From positions 564,903 to 628,902 of the forward strand of contig CAZBFM010000001.1 in the NCBI GenBank assembly GCA_964491455.1: a stretch of 64,000 nt of DNA, written 5' to 3'. How positions within the stretch are numbered: the first letter of the stretch is position 1; each line of letters begins with the position of its first letter. Source of the DNA: an uncultured Candidatus Saccharibacteria bacterium. GTDB lineage: Bacteria; Patescibacteriota; Minisyncoccia; 2-02-FULL-40-12; GWA2-44-9. The notes beneath the pieces are model-generated. The model did no database searches. It was given only the letters and a program-made list of their open reading frames with translations, and was not told the DNA's origin. Of the stretch, positions 1 through 8,811 are shown in pieces. A program made the position numbers and the translations under genes.

Positions 1-96
1 AGTTGCAACGAGAAATGCCGCACCAACAACAATCCACATGCGTGGATTCTCTTTAAAAAACTCTCTGATGCGTCGTACTACATCCATCATCTTCAT
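1..96 (-). CDS. hypothetical membrane protein, N-terminal part only (gene runs off the window start)
   Basis: Minus-strand ATG at 94-96 gives MKMMDVVRRIREFFKENPRMWIVVGAAFLVAT..., hydrophobic. No stop before the window edge. Confidence 0.3.
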   Translation of the reverse strand, partial: MKMMDVVRRIREFFKENPRMWIVVGAAFLVAT

Positions 97-147
97 TAAT
101 ACTACTTCTTTATCGGATTAATTACATCACCACTTTTGCACAGGGGA

Positions 148-825
148 CTACATTTTCACCAAGGTTGCCTGAATCGCGATGCGCTTGTAGTTGGTGCCAA
201 CGGGATAACAACTGATCAAGAGGAGTGTAGAGCCAGGAGCATTCTCGAGTGCGGTGAGTCGCTCGTCGCGCTCAAAAGGATTGAAAATAATCGACTGCGT
301 CATCTCATAGACAAAGGTGCGATTGTCGTCGTACTGCACATAGAAGCGATCACCGACCGCAAGCTTGCTCAAGAGCGCAAAGACGGCGCCATAATTGCCG
401 TTGTACCACGGATATGCAGAACTATGACCGAGTACAATCGCAACACCCGGGAGCCCTGGTTTTGCCGTGTCGCTGTAGTGCACCACGCCGCGTTCTAGGC
501 TCTTATAAATCACGTCATTATCGTTGGGCACATTGAACACGAGGGGAGCATTGACGCCAATCTTATCGATCACAATTCGCGCAGAATTCGTGAGCGGCTT
601 TTCTTCTACCTTATCGGAAATCGGCAGGAGTCGGATTGCATCACCAAGCGAGTCCTTGGTAGTGATAGAGTTGGGAGCAAGTGAGTACTGCAGGCTCTTT
701 TCAACGAAACGAATGTTGAGCAAGAGAAACGCACCCACAAAGGTGAGAATAAAAATCGCAAACAAACGAAACGCAATCACGCGACCCCGATGGTGTAAAC
801 GCATCACCATAAGTATAGCAAACAA
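148..825 (-). CDS. sortase family transpeptidase
   Basis: 225-aa protein with an N-terminal TM anchor, a conserved His (VAIVLGHSS) and a catalytic Cys in a TLxTC-like context (TLLLISCYPVG). Lies directly downstream of a surface-protein gene on the same strand. Confidence 0.8.
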   Translation of the reverse strand: MFAILMVMRLHHRGRVIAFRLFAIFILTFVGAFLLLNIRFVEKSLQYSLAPNSITTKDSLGDAIRLLPISDKVEEKPLTNSARIVIDKIGVNAPLVFNVPNDNDVIYKSLERGVVHYSDTAKPGLPGVAIVLGHSSAYPWYNGNYGAVFALLSKLAVGDRFYVQYDDNRTFVYEMTQSIIFNPFERDERLTALENAPGSTLLLISCYPVGTNYKRIAIQATLVKM

Positions 826-872
826 AAACCACTCCGTAGAATGGAGTGGTTTTTGTTTGCATCGGTCGGCGA

Positions 873-2132
873 TTACTTTTTGAAGTTCAAACCGGTCGAT
901 TGCGTAAGTCGAGCAATCTCAACGCGTGCCAATCGATTCTGGAATCGAAGCGTGCGCGTGTAGGCAGCGTAGGCAGCAGTCGCCAGCGCAGCAAGAAGAA
1001 GGGATACCATGACTGAATCAGCAGGACCCGTTTTCACTGAAGAAACACTCGTGATGACTGCATTCTGACCAAGCACTATCGGCAATGATGCGGATATTGT
1101 GCTCATAGAATCTGCGCGAGCCTGTGCAATCGAGTAGACAGTCGTCATGGTTGAGGCTGGTACATACGCGCCATCGACACGGACGGAGAATTTGACTACC
1201 GACGCACTGTAGGGAGACACGGTGCCGATATAAATGCCAGTTGAGGTGACGCCATCAGCAACAACGGTGCCGTTGAGTGTGGTGGATCCGGAGATATAGT
1301 TCAATCCTGCTGGAAGCTGATCCGTAACATACGCATTATACAAGGAGCTGCCATTGGTCGAGCGCACACGAATAATCAAATCAAGCGTGTCCCCACCACG
1401 AGCACTCACAATCGCATACTCACCACTCTGACCACGTGTCACATTGCGACCCGTTTCTGCGATCGTCATGTGCGCATACGGCGCTGGAGTAGGAGTCGGA
1501 GTAACGTAGGAATTACCATAGACTGTCACGCCACACGTCACGGTCTGATACCCGCTGGTAACAGTAACATTACGATTGACCGCGTAGTTTGCGTAGTTAT
1601 AGTAGCGAGTGACAAAGTTTGAGTAGTTGCCATACGTTGGCGACCCCTCAGATGTGTACCATGAGTAGTTGCCATTTCCGCCCCATGCATTGAAGGAGAC
1701 GAGATCACCAGAGTTTGCATATGACGTCACTGCAGAGCAGTAGAGCGTACCATCATATGGAGTTGGCGTAGGAGTTGGTGTTCCGCAGGTAGAGTTCACG
1801 TACACCGTTGCGGTTGCAACCGCGTAGCCACCAGTCGTATTCGTGCCGGTGATAGTATAGGTTGCTGTCTGTGTAGGATAGACATACCGCTCGCCATAGG
1901 GGAGCACCGAGCCGATACCCTGATCAATCCAGACGCTTGTTGCATCCGTCGAAGACCATGCGATTCGCACAGGCTGGCCGGAGCAAACACTCGCCGGGGA
2001 AGCGGTGATTGCTACTGATGCCAAAAGGACATCCGCCGCAAAAACCGGAGCCGAGACAACAAGTCCCATGACCGCTACAAGGATTGATACGATGACGCGC
2101 TGCGTCAATGATGGGGTGGTGTTCATATGCAT
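873..2132 (-). CDS. cell-surface protein with Thr/Pro linkers, DUF11-like repeat domain and a C-terminal sorting-signal-like tail
   Basis: Signal peptide, TPTPTPTP linkers, and a repeat domain around LDLIIRVRSTNGSSLYNAYVTDQLPAGLNY. The C-terminus has VKTGP, a hydrophobic stretch, then a long Arg/Lys-rich tail. Co-directional with the sortase at 148..825. Confidence 0.65.
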   Translation of the reverse strand: MHMNTTPSLTQRVIVSILVAVMGLVVSAPVFAADVLLASVAITASPASVCSGQPVRIAWSSTDATSVWIDQGIGSVLPYGERYVYPTQTATYTITGTNTTGGYAVATATVYVNSTCGTPTPTPTPYDGTLYCSAVTSYANSGDLVSFNAWGGNGNYSWYTSEGSPTYGNYSNFVTRYYNYANYAVNRNVTVTSGYQTVTCGVTVYGNSYVTPTPTPAPYAHMTIAETGRNVTRGQSGEYAIVSARGGDTLDLIIRVRSTNGSSLYNAYVTDQLPAGLNYISGSTTLNGTVVADGVTSTGIYIGTVSPYSASVVKFSVRVDGAYVPASTMTTVYSIAQARADSMSTISASLPIVLGQNAVITSVSSVKTGPADSVMVSLLLAALATAAYAAYTRTLRFQNRLARVEIARLTQSTGLNFKK

Positions 2133-2241
2133 GTAATGTGGTTATAAACCTCCTGCACAAAGGTGCAAGCAGGTCACTCACTAGATAATCATTATATACT
2201 ACTAGATAATATATGTCAATAGCCCTCAATCGCTCAAATAC

Positions 2242-2270
2242 TTGACAAAACAAGGTTTTTAGCTTACAAT
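2242..2270 (+). promoter_or_regulatory. sigma70-type promoter (TTGACA-17 nt-TACAAT) for the lipoprotein gene
   Basis: Perfect -35 TTGACA (2242-2247) and -10 TACAAT (2265-2270) with a 17-nt spacer. RBS AAGGAG at 2305-2310 precedes a TTG start at 2317. Confidence 0.6.
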
Positions 2271-2316
2271 TAGAGCCTATCGTAGCTCATGGTGAGCTGC
2301 GCAAAAGGAGAGTACC

Positions 2317-2808
2317 TTGAAAAAACTAGTTTTCGCCGCCGTGCTCCTGGCGATGATTTCGCTAGGAGCGTGCACCGGTCCCTGCAACGGCTGCGCACCT
2401 GGCTCGGGCCCGTCATCGTATGCCCCGACACCCACGCCGCGGCCGAGCGCGACACCAGCGCCAACGGCTACGCCAGCGCCGACGGCAACGCCTGCGCCGA
2501 CGCCCGTGCCGACGGCTACGCCAGTGCCGACCGCGACGCCTGCTCCGAACTGCACCTACGCAGTACAGGAGAGCCCTCAAAACTTCACCTATCAAGGTGG
2601 GAACGGTGGCTTCTCGGTCAGCGCCAGTCGCTCTGACTGCAGCTGGGGCGCCACTTCGAACGTAGGATGGATTGCCATCACCTCCAATTCGCAGGGGAGA
2701 GGTAATGGGTCGGTGACCTATTCGGTGGGTGGCAACGGCGCAGGCGCACGCACGGGCACGATCAGCGTTGCTGGAAAAGTCGTAGTAGTTGTCCAGCAGG
2801 GCAGGTAA
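2317..2808 (+). CDS. lipoprotein with Pro/Thr-rich linker and C-terminal Ig/BACON-like beta domain
   Basis: Signal peptide ending in the lipobox LGAC, a (TPAPTA)n linker, and a Cys/Gly-rich beta-strand domain. TTG start with a good SD. Confidence 0.65.
   Translation: MKKLVFAAVLLAMISLGACTGPCNGCAPGSGPSSYAPTPTPRPSATPAPTATPAPTATPAPTPVPTATPVPTATPAPNCTYAVQESPQNFTYQGGNGGFSVSASRSDCSWGATSNVGWIAITSNSQGRGNGSVTYSVGGNGAGARTGTISVAGKVVVVVQQGR
2425..2548 (+). repeat. in-frame tandem nucleotide repeat encoding a [10 protein letters not shown] linker
   Basis: Imperfect ~18-nt tandem units (acgccagcgccgacggct...) inside the lipoprotein CDS. The spurious Arg-rich ORFs on other frames come from this repeat. Confidence 0.7.
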
Positions 2809-2853
2809 GTGCTCATGGAGGTTCATCGTCGTCGATGCGCCTCCTTTTTTTAT

Positions 2854-2884
2854 ACAAAAAAAGGAGTCTCCGAAGAGACTCCTT
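2854..2884. terminator. rho-independent terminator of the minus-strand gene, flanked by A and T tracts
   Basis: A-tract, then GGAGTCTC-cgaa-GAGACTCC hairpin. On the minus strand this reads hairpin plus TTTTTTT, i.e. the terminator of the 2889..3998 gene. The plus gene ending at 2808 has a weaker 5-bp GGAGG...CCTCC stem before its own T-run. Confidence 0.6.
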
Positions 2885-2888
2885 ACGA

Positions 2889-3998
2889 CTACTTCGCCCA
2901 GAAGTTGAGCGTAACGCGTCCGTAGTACCGACCCGGATATTCGAATCCGATCACGGTTACCGCATAGCTGGCGCGGCTTCCGAGTGGTCCGGTAAATCCA
3001 ACACCAGCGCCACCCATCGGAAACGCAGATGCACTCATCAGCTCCCGAGCGGAAACTTTCTTAGTCACCGAAACGATAGTGCTTCGCGTTGTTCGCTGAT
3101 GGGCATCACCAACAATACGACCGACACCTGCACTGATGGATATCATCGGCTGGATGCCATGGCCACGGCCAACCGGAATCCTGAAATCACCCTCGATTCT
3201 CGCTCCCCACACGTTGACATTGGAGAGCGCCGTAGTCTCGATATCGAGGCCGCATGATGGGCACTGATATCGGGAAAACGAACCTTCGTAGATTGACTTT
3301 CGAGCAACGGTGAATCGCCACACCGTTGACGTTGGCGTGCCACGAGCAACGCCGATGTCGAAGTCTCGTCCCTGCATGCAAATCGTGCGACCAGTCATCG
3401 ACTCGAGGGCGCCACCCAGCGGCCGAGAGTCGAACTCGCCAATCATCGCACTCCCGGTGATACCCCACACAGGTATTGAGCTTTCTGGTGTGGGGACACG
3501 AGTGGGCGCGAGTGATTCGACCACTCTTCGCTCAGGCTTAGGTGATGACTGCAATTCAATGGTCCTTTGTGGAACCTCTTGATAGCTCGGGACTATCTGC
3601 ACGGGTTGCAACGGGGGAGCGATAGTGACGCCGTAGACGGGATTGCCACAATCATCACGAGCATAGAGCTGAAGCGACCCATCAGGCAGTCGATACGCCC
3701 GGAAGTAGGTGCCTTCACGTTGCGCAACGTACTTCTCGCCCCCGACCACCAGCATGCGGATGCACTGTGCGGACTCCAGCTGGACGCGGATCCTGTCGAC
3801 TCCGTTGACGGGATTTTTCGCGTTCAGGCCGAAGTACCGCGGCTCGTAATAGCGAAACTCGCCCGACTGCAAGGCCCCGTTGCAGGCAGCCAACGTAGAA
3901 AAGGTGTTCGGAGCGACCGGCGTGGTTGCATACGCATGATCCGACCATCCGATGACCAGACAGAACACACAAGCGAGAACGGCAAGCACTTTTTTCAT
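2889..3998 (-). CDS. secreted hypothetical protein
   Basis: 369 aa with a clear signal peptide (MKKVLAVLACVFCLVIGWSDHAYA) and no recognisable domain. Confidence 0.55.
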   Translation of the reverse strand: MKKVLAVLACVFCLVIGWSDHAYATTPVAPNTFSTLAACNGALQSGEFRYYEPRYFGLNAKNPVNGVDRIRVQLESAQCIRMLVVGGEKYVAQREGTYFRAYRLPDGSLQLYARDDCGNPVYGVTIAPPLQPVQIVPSYQEVPQRTIELQSSPKPERRVVESLAPTRVPTPESSIPVWGITGSAMIGEFDSRPLGGALESMTGRTICMQGRDFDIGVARGTPTSTVWRFTVARKSIYEGSFSRYQCPSCGLDIETTALSNVNVWGARIEGDFRIPVGRGHGIQPMISISAGVGRIVGDAHQRTTRSTIVSVTKKVSARELMSASAFPMGGAGVGFTGPLGSRASYAVTVIGFEYPGRYYGRVTLNFWAK

Positions 3999-4141
3999 GA
4001 AATCTCCTTTTGAGATGTATTGGTAAATAGCTAGAAATTGAGATAGCTATAATACATCATATATTATAGATGGTCAATACTCGAGAGCGCTAGCACCTTG
4101 TAAAACTGATAAGAATCGGGTATACTATCTTGGTCAAGACT

Positions 4142-4213
4142 GCTCTTGTCGTTCAATGGATAGGACGCTAGCTTGCGGAGCTAGCAATGTAGGTTCGATT
4201 CCTACCGAGAGCA
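4142..4213 (+). tRNA. tRNA-Arg (anticodon GCG)
   Basis: Hand-folded cloverleaf: acceptor GCTCTTG/CGAGAGC, anticodon stem CTAGC/GCTAG with loop TTGCGGA, and T-arm GTAGG-TTCGATT-CCTAC. The D-loop AATGGATA resembles the two other Arg tRNAs here. CCA is not encoded. Confidence 0.6.
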
Positions 4214-4216
4214 CAA

Positions 4217-4654
4217 ATGGAAACACCCGCGCCGTCACACGCGCTTTACACCTGCAGCCTCAAGCTCATTCTACGCAGAGGGGACGCATACCTCGTATTA
4301 CGCGACGCGGAAGGATATATCGACCTACCTGGTGGGCGCATCGACAACGATGAACGCTCGATTTCCATCCCGGAAATTCTCCAACGTGAAATCACCGAAG
4401 AGCTTGGAAGTGCGCTTCAGTATCAACTTGGAGCGCCCGCGTTCCAGTTTCGAAGAGACTTCGATACCGACGATACCCATGTATTGGTGTCAGTGTATTT
4501 CGCTGATTACCTCTCTGGCGATATTCAATTATCGGACGAGCACAAAACAGCACAGTGGCTCACCAAAGAAGAGCTCCATTTTCGCGAGAGCGATTTTCGT
4601 CAGCATGAAGAGTATCTCGCGTTCCAGAACTTTGCTCGTACATACGGCCAGTAG
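4217..4654 (+). CDS. NUDIX hydrolase
   Basis: Nudix box GGRIDNDERSISIPEILQREITEELG. Confidence 0.8.
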   Translation: METPAPSHALYTCSLKLILRRGDAYLVLRDAEGYIDLPGGRIDNDERSISIPEILQREITEELGSALQYQLGAPAFQFRRDFDTDDTHVLVSVYFADYLSGDIQLSDEHKTAQWLTKEELHFRESDFRQHEEYLAFQNFARTYGQ

Positions 4655-4659
4655 AGATT

Positions 4660-5298
4660 CTACGCGATACCTCCATCTCGTGGCTTGCGAATAAAATACT
4701 GAACGAGGGGAATTTTGTGATCACCCTCAGGAATGTATTGCGAAAGCACCGCATGGAGTTGGTGTGGATCTTGATCTCCGAGGGGTAATCGAAAATGGGG
4801 GAGGAATCTCTTTTCCGACTGAAGGCTGAGCTCTAGCGTTTCGTCGGGCATGCGATGAATATGAAACGATGAAAACGAGGCATGCTCGTGCCGCTGACCG
4901 TCAATCTCTACGCCGCGATGATCCACTGACACTGAAATCGGGGATCCAAAATGCTCACGCAATTCAAGCGCAGCTGCGCCAAACAACAAAACAAAGAAGG
5001 GGACGAAGCTTTGCTGCCAGATCGCGATAAGGATTCCAATGCCCACGATACTCATAGACACAATGAAATGCCTCTTGCGCGCTTCACCGACCAGTGGGTG
5101 GTGGGCGGTCCACGATGCTGTTGTTGGTAAATCAAGCATCATCGCATCAGTATCAAAATCGCGCACCTGCGGCATCGCCTCGATGATCGGCTCCTCGGAC
5201 GGCAAGTGAGTAAGCGCTTGGCGCCCCTCACGAGGAACCTCAGAGGTGGCCTCCACGAGACCCAGCTGGCGATTCTTGAGATCAAGCATATTGCTCAT
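4660..5298 (-). CDS. hypothetical membrane protein
   Basis: 212 aa with a central hydrophobic hairpin (IVSMSIVGIGILIAIWQQSFVPFFVLLFGAAAL) and no known domain. Confidence 0.45.
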   Translation of the reverse strand: MSNMLDLKNRQLGLVEATSEVPREGRQALTHLPSEEPIIEAMPQVRDFDTDAMMLDLPTTASWTAHHPLVGEARKRHFIVSMSIVGIGILIAIWQQSFVPFFVLLFGAAALELREHFGSPISVSVDHRGVEIDGQRHEHASFSSFHIHRMPDETLELSLQSEKRFLPHFRLPLGDQDPHQLHAVLSQYIPEGDHKIPLVQYFIRKPRDGGIA

Positions 5299-5359
5299 GT
5301 GTCACAAGTATACACCAAAATATAAAAACAGAATGCCGTAGCATTCTGTTTTCTTGATG

Positions 5360-5446
5360 CGGTGGGGGTGAGATTCGAACTCACGATACGGTTACCCGTA
5401 TGTCGCATTTCAAGTGCGGTGCCTTAAACCACTCGGCCACCCCACC
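5360..5446 (-). tRNA. tRNA-Ser (anticodon TGA)
   Basis: Type-II tRNA with a long variable arm. Acceptor GGTGGGG/CCCCACC, anticodon loop CTTGAAA, discriminator G73. Confidence 0.8.
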
Positions 5447-5460
5447 ACCAACACTGACTG

Positions 5461-5547
5461 CGGAAGCGGGAGGATTCGAACCTCCGATGGGGTTACCCCC
5501 ATGCCACATTTCGAGTGTGGTGCCTTCAACCACTCAGCCACGCTTCC
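5461..5547 (-). tRNA. tRNA-Ser (anticodon CGA)
   Basis: Type-II tRNA. Acceptor GGAAGCG/CGCTTCC, anticodon loop CTCGAAA, discriminator G73. Confidence 0.8.
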
Positions 5548-5607
5548 ACTGAACGCGAATTGTACCACTTTTAGTGGCTTTTATCAATTATCTTGCAGTC
5601 GTACCAA

Positions 5608-6357
5608 TTAGTAGTAGATCTCCTTACGAGGGGGATACTTGGCGATGATATCGAATGCCTCTTGCGCGGTGTCCACGAGGTGGTAGAGCTCCATGTCTTC
5701 CTTGTCGATACCCTGATACTTATCAAACACAGTGTCTTTGATATACGCCAAGAGAGGGGCCCAGAAATCTTTACCCACCAAAATAAGCGGCACCGACTCG
5801 CGATCAATCTTGTGTGTCTGCACCAGCGTAACCAGCTCGAAAAATTCGTCGAGCGTGCCAAATCCTCCCGGGAAAAACACATACGCTTGCGCGGTGTAAA
5901 ACAGCATCACCTTACGCACAAAGAAATAGTAGAACGGTTGTGTCTTGGTCAGGTACGGATTACTGCGCTGTTCGAAGGGGAGGCGAATGGTAATACCGAT
6001 GCTTTCACCACCAGCCTCATAGGCGCCACGACTGCCGCCCTCCATGATACCGGGGCCACCACCGGTGACGACGCCGATTTTCTTTTTGGCCAGCATTCCA
6101 CCGAGCTCGCGTGCAACCTGGTACCATTTGTTCTCTGCGGTGAATCGCGCTGAACCGAGAAACGAGACTGTGTTTTTGTAGTCGGTGATAAATTGCCATC
6201 CATCGACGAATTCCGCCATGATGCGAAATACGCGCCAGTGAAAACTGGACCGAAAATCCAGTGGCATATCCTTCATCTCTTGCTCCAACGGCAACTTCGA
6301 TGCCGGAAGATTCATCGTGCCCTTTTTGTCCTCGTCCATGTCAATAGTATACCACAA
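5608..6357 (-). CDS. LOG family protein (cytokinin riboside 5'-monophosphate phosphoribohydrolase-like, TIGR00730)
   Basis: Motifs GVVTGGGPGIMEGG and PGGFGTLDEFFE. Confidence 0.8.
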   Translation of the reverse strand: MWYTIDMDEDKKGTMNLPASKLPLEQEMKDMPLDFRSSFHWRVFRIMAEFVDGWQFITDYKNTVSFLGSARFTAENKWYQVARELGGMLAKKKIGVVTGGGPGIMEGGSRGAYEAGGESIGITIRLPFEQRSNPYLTKTQPFYYFFVRKVMLFYTAQAYVFFPGGFGTLDEFFELVTLVQTHKIDRESVPLILVGKDFWAPLLAYIKDTVFDKYQGIDKEDMELYHLVDTAQEAFDIIAKYPPRKEIYY

Positions 6358-6429
6358 GCGCCCCGCGAGATGCGGAGCGCTTGTGTGTTGGTGGGCTGCT
6401 CGATGAGATTCGGTGAGAATTCGAATAAC

Positions 6430-6819
6430 TCAACGATTGATTCGCTCCATCTCTCCCCATGGATGCGGCGCCTCCTTAGCTTCTTTCAGTTCTCTCCAGT
6501 GCAACCTTCCATATTCAAAATAACGTTCTATTTTTTCTCTACCGCCTCCGCGATTTTCGGAATGAGCCTTAAGCTCACTAATTTCTTCAAAAATTTCCGG
6601 ATGAACTTCAGCGATCCACTTTGCAATTTCCCATCCCTCCATTTTTCCTTCTCCCAAGTCATTATCAAAATCAAGCGACTCTATTTTTTCTCCACGAGTG
6701 AGAGCCTCCTCAAGCGCCCCCTTAAACTCTTCAAAATCTCGAACGCCAACATATCCCTCAGGGACCTGTCTATTTGGCATTCCTGGTTCGTTCATTTGAT
6801 CGTCCAAAAAGATTTTCAT
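6430..6819 (-). CDS. hypothetical protein (start trimmed to avoid tRNA-Ala)
   Basis: The ORF to 6912 overlaps the tRNA-Ala gene, so the internal start MKIFLDDQMNEPG at 6819 was chosen. Acidic protein with no recognised domain. Confidence 0.45.
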   Translation of the reverse strand: MKIFLDDQMNEPGMPNRQVPEGYVGVRDFEEFKGALEEALTRGEKIESLDFDNDLGEGKMEGWEIAKWIAEVHPEIFEEISELKAHSENRGGGREKIERYFEYGRLHWRELKEAKEAPHPWGEMERINR

Positions 6820-6850
6820 AATTGTGTATGCTTTTAGACTAACAGAATTG

Positions 6851-6921
6851 TGGACCCACGGGGAGTCGAACCCCGACTTCATCCATGCCATGGATGCGTG
6901 ATACCGCTTCACTATGGGCCC
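6851..6921 (-). tRNA. tRNA-Ala (anticodon GGC)
   Basis: G3:U70 wobble in the acceptor stem (GGGCCCA/TGGGTCC), anticodon loop ATGGCAT, A73. No CCA. Confidence 0.75.
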
Positions 6922-7020
6922 AAGCGTTCGTTAGGCCCAATATGTGCTCATAGGAGGCCCAATGCGTTTGAAAAAATATCACAAAAAATGTACCCTAGCA
7001 AGGTACTTCATTCATCCGTC

Positions 7021-7092
7021 GCCCCCGTAGCTCAACGGATAGAGCAGACCCGTCCTAAGGGTACGATGGAGGTTCGATTCCTTTCGGGGGCA
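7021..7092 (+). tRNA. tRNA-Arg (anticodon CCT)
   Basis: Acceptor GCCCCCG/CGGGGGC, anticodon loop GTCCTAA, T-loop TTCGATT. No CCA. Confidence 0.75.
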
Positions 7093-7101
7093 CACATCAG
7101 C

Positions 7102-8538
7102 ATGTTAGAAATTCATCCGAAAGTCGCCGAGATTCTCTCTACCCTCGAAGATGCAGGGCACCCTTCATATATAGTAGGGGGCTGTGTTCGCGATCGCCTC
7201 ATGGGCAACCATCCAACGGATTGGGACATCACGACCAGTGCGCGACCGGAGCAAATTCAGGCGCTCTTTCCGGATCACTTCTACGATAATGCGTTTGGCA
7301 CCGTTACCATCAAAACACGTGACGATGATCCCATCGTGCGCACTGTACAGGTAACGCCATTTCGCACTGAAAGCGACTACACCGATAAGCGACACCCCGA
7401 CGTCATCGCATTTGCCGACACCGTCGAGGAGGATTTATCACGTCGTGATTTTACCGTGAATGCCATTGCTGTTCGCCAGAATGGCGACATCGTCGATCCC
7501 TACAACGGCCAAGCCGACATCAAGGCGCGCACACTCCGAGCGGTAGGGAAGGCAACTGATCGATTTGAGGAAGATGCCCTGCGCATGATGCGAGCGGTAC
7601 GATTTGCGACTTCGCTTAATTTTGTGATTGAAGATGAAACACTCAAAGCGATCACGACGCACGCCGGCTCGCTGAAAGATATTTCGATGGAGCGCGTGCG
7701 CGACGAGCTCACCAAAATCATCGACACATCACGAGCATTCGAGGGAATCCAACTTCTCGAAGATGTTGGTCTTCTGAAGTATATCATCCCCGAATTGCGT
7801 GAGGGCCTTGGCGTAGAGCAAAATCTGCACCACATCTATTCCGTCTGGGAGCACAATCTGCGCACCATGAAATACGCGTCGGAAAAAAAGTATTCGTTCG
7901 CCGTTCGCATGGCGTGCCTCTTGCACGATGTCGGCAAGCCGCGCACCAAACGGGGACAGGGGCGACACTGCACCTTCTACGCCCACGACTCCGTTGGTGG
8001 CAGTATGACCAAGCTCATTATGGAGCGCCTCAAGTATCCAAAAGAGTTAAGCGAAAAAGTCGCCCTTCTGGTGCGCTATCATATGTTCTACTACAGCGTC
8101 GGTGAAGTGACGGAGTCATCCGTACGACGACTCATCGCAAATGTCGGGCTCGAGAATATCGATGATCTATTACGTCTCCGCGAAGGGGATCGCATCGGAT
8201 CAGGCACGCCTAAGGCAGTGCCCTACAAGCTCCGCCACCTCAAATACATGATCGACAAGGTGAGTCACGATGCCATCTCGGTGAAGATGCTCAATGTCGA
8301 CGGGAAGGAAATTATGGAAGCACTCGCTATGCCACCCGGTCCAAAACTTGGCCTCATTCTCAATTCGCTGCTCGCCGAAGTGCTCGATGACCCAACGCTC
8401 AACGAGAAAGAAGCCCTCCTCAAGCGCGCAAAGAAGCTCGATGCAAAGTCTCCCGAGGAACTCACAAGTGCGCTGGAACGCATCAAGAAAGCACTCGATG
8501 ACGAAGAGCAGGAGCGTATGAAGAAGTACTACGTGTAA
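7102..8538 (+). CDS. cca: CCA-adding tRNA nucleotidyltransferase with HD domain
   Basis: Motifs GGCVRDRLMG...DWD of the polymerase-beta nucleotidyltransferase head, plus an HD domain (LLHDVGK). The ORF extends upstream across the tRNA, so the start MLEIHPK at 7102 was chosen. Confidence 0.85.
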   Translation: MLEIHPKVAEILSTLEDAGHPSYIVGGCVRDRLMGNHPTDWDITTSARPEQIQALFPDHFYDNAFGTVTIKTRDDDPIVRTVQVTPFRTESDYTDKRHPDVIAFADTVEEDLSRRDFTVNAIAVRQNGDIVDPYNGQADIKARTLRAVGKATDRFEEDALRMMRAVRFATSLNFVIEDETLKAITTHAGSLKDISMERVRDELTKIIDTSRAFEGIQLLEDVGLLKYIIPELREGLGVEQNLHHIYSVWEHNLRTMKYASEKKYSFAVRMACLLHDVGKPRTKRGQGRHCTFYAHDSVGGSMTKLIMERLKYPKELSEKVALLVRYHMFYYSVGEVTESSVRRLIANVGLENIDDLLRLREGDRIGSGTPKAVPYKLRHLKYMIDKVSHDAISVKMLNVDGKEIMEALAMPPGPKLGLILNSLLAEVLDDPTLNEKEALLKRAKKLDAKSPEELTSALERIKKALDDEEQERMKKYYV

Positions 8539-8541
8539 ATC

Positions 8542-8567
8542 AAAAAGATCCCGCCAGGGATCTTTTT
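8542..8567. terminator. bidirectional intrinsic terminator
   Basis: AAAAAGATCCC-gcca-GGGATCTTTTT, a perfect 11-bp stem with A and T tracts. Confidence 0.7.
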
Positions 8568-8581
8568 GATTGTTGCCATAT

Positions 8582-8618
8582 GTCGGGCCGCCGAGAATCA
8601 AACTCAACGGGGCTTCAT
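8582..8618 (-). other. partial degenerate copy of the tRNA-Pro 3' segment (acceptor 3' strand plus T-arm)
   Basis: atgtcgggccgccgagaatc is identical to the tRNA-Pro 3' end plus its trailing nucleotides, then diverges (caaactcaacgggg versus gaactcggtc). Confidence 0.6.
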
Positions 8619-8641
8619 TTCTTTCATTTTTCGCATCAATG

Positions 8642-8712
8642 TCGGGCCGCCGAGAATCGAACTCGGTCTTCATGAACCCGAATCATGCGTACGACCGGTA
8701 TACTACGGCCCG
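8642..8712 (-). tRNA. tRNA-Pro (anticodon CGG)
   Basis: C1:G72 acceptor (CGGGCCG/CGGCCCG), anticodon loop TTCGGGT, T-loop TTCGATT, A73. No CCA. Confidence 0.75.
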
Positions 8713-8739
8713 CCATTACGACGAAAAATGTAAAAGCCC

Positions 8740-8767
8740 GTCGTGCGTGAAATCGTTCACGCACGAC
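8740..8767 (-). terminator. 12-bp perfect hairpin followed on the minus strand by a T-rich tract
   Basis: GTCGTGCGTGAA-atcg-TTCACGCACGAC, with GGGCTTTTACATTTTT after it on the minus strand. Sits between the upstream tRNA-Pro 5' pseudo-fragment and the intact tRNA-Pro. Confidence 0.5.
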
Positions 8768-8811
8768 CTTCATGAACCCGAATCATGCGTACGACCGGTA
8801 TACTACGGCGC
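8768..8811 (-). other. 44-nt perfect direct repeat of the tRNA-Pro 5' portion (nt ~4-46), a pseudo-tRNA fragment
   Basis: cttcatgaacccgaatcatgcgtacgaccggtatactacggc is identical to 8668-8711. It lacks a T-arm and a 3' acceptor strand. Confidence 0.7.

Noticed and set aside
136-498. 120-aa plus-strand ORF
   Set aside because: It lies antisense inside the well-supported sortase gene, with no motifs. Shadow ORF.
2277-2826. Several Arg- or Gly/Val/Ala-rich ORFs on both strands (2277..2555, 2413..2826, 2420..2665, 2289..2636)
   Set aside because: They are alternative-frame readings of the GC-rich tandem repeat that encodes the TPAPTA linker of the lipoprotein. Low-complexity artefacts.
5593-6153. 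186-aa plus-strand ORF opposite the LOG-family gene
   Set aside because: Antisense to a gene with clear conserved motifs, with no features of its own.
6193-6837. 214-aa plus-strand ORF rich in Phe/Ser/Leu
   Set aside because: Low-complexity composition, antisense to the 6430..6819 gene, and its 3' part would run into the tRNA-Ala region.
6850-7101. N-terminal 84-aa extension of the cca ORF
   Set aside because: The extension reads straight through tRNA-Ala(GGC) on the opposite strand and tRNA-Arg(CCT) on the same strand. The true start is the Met at 7102.
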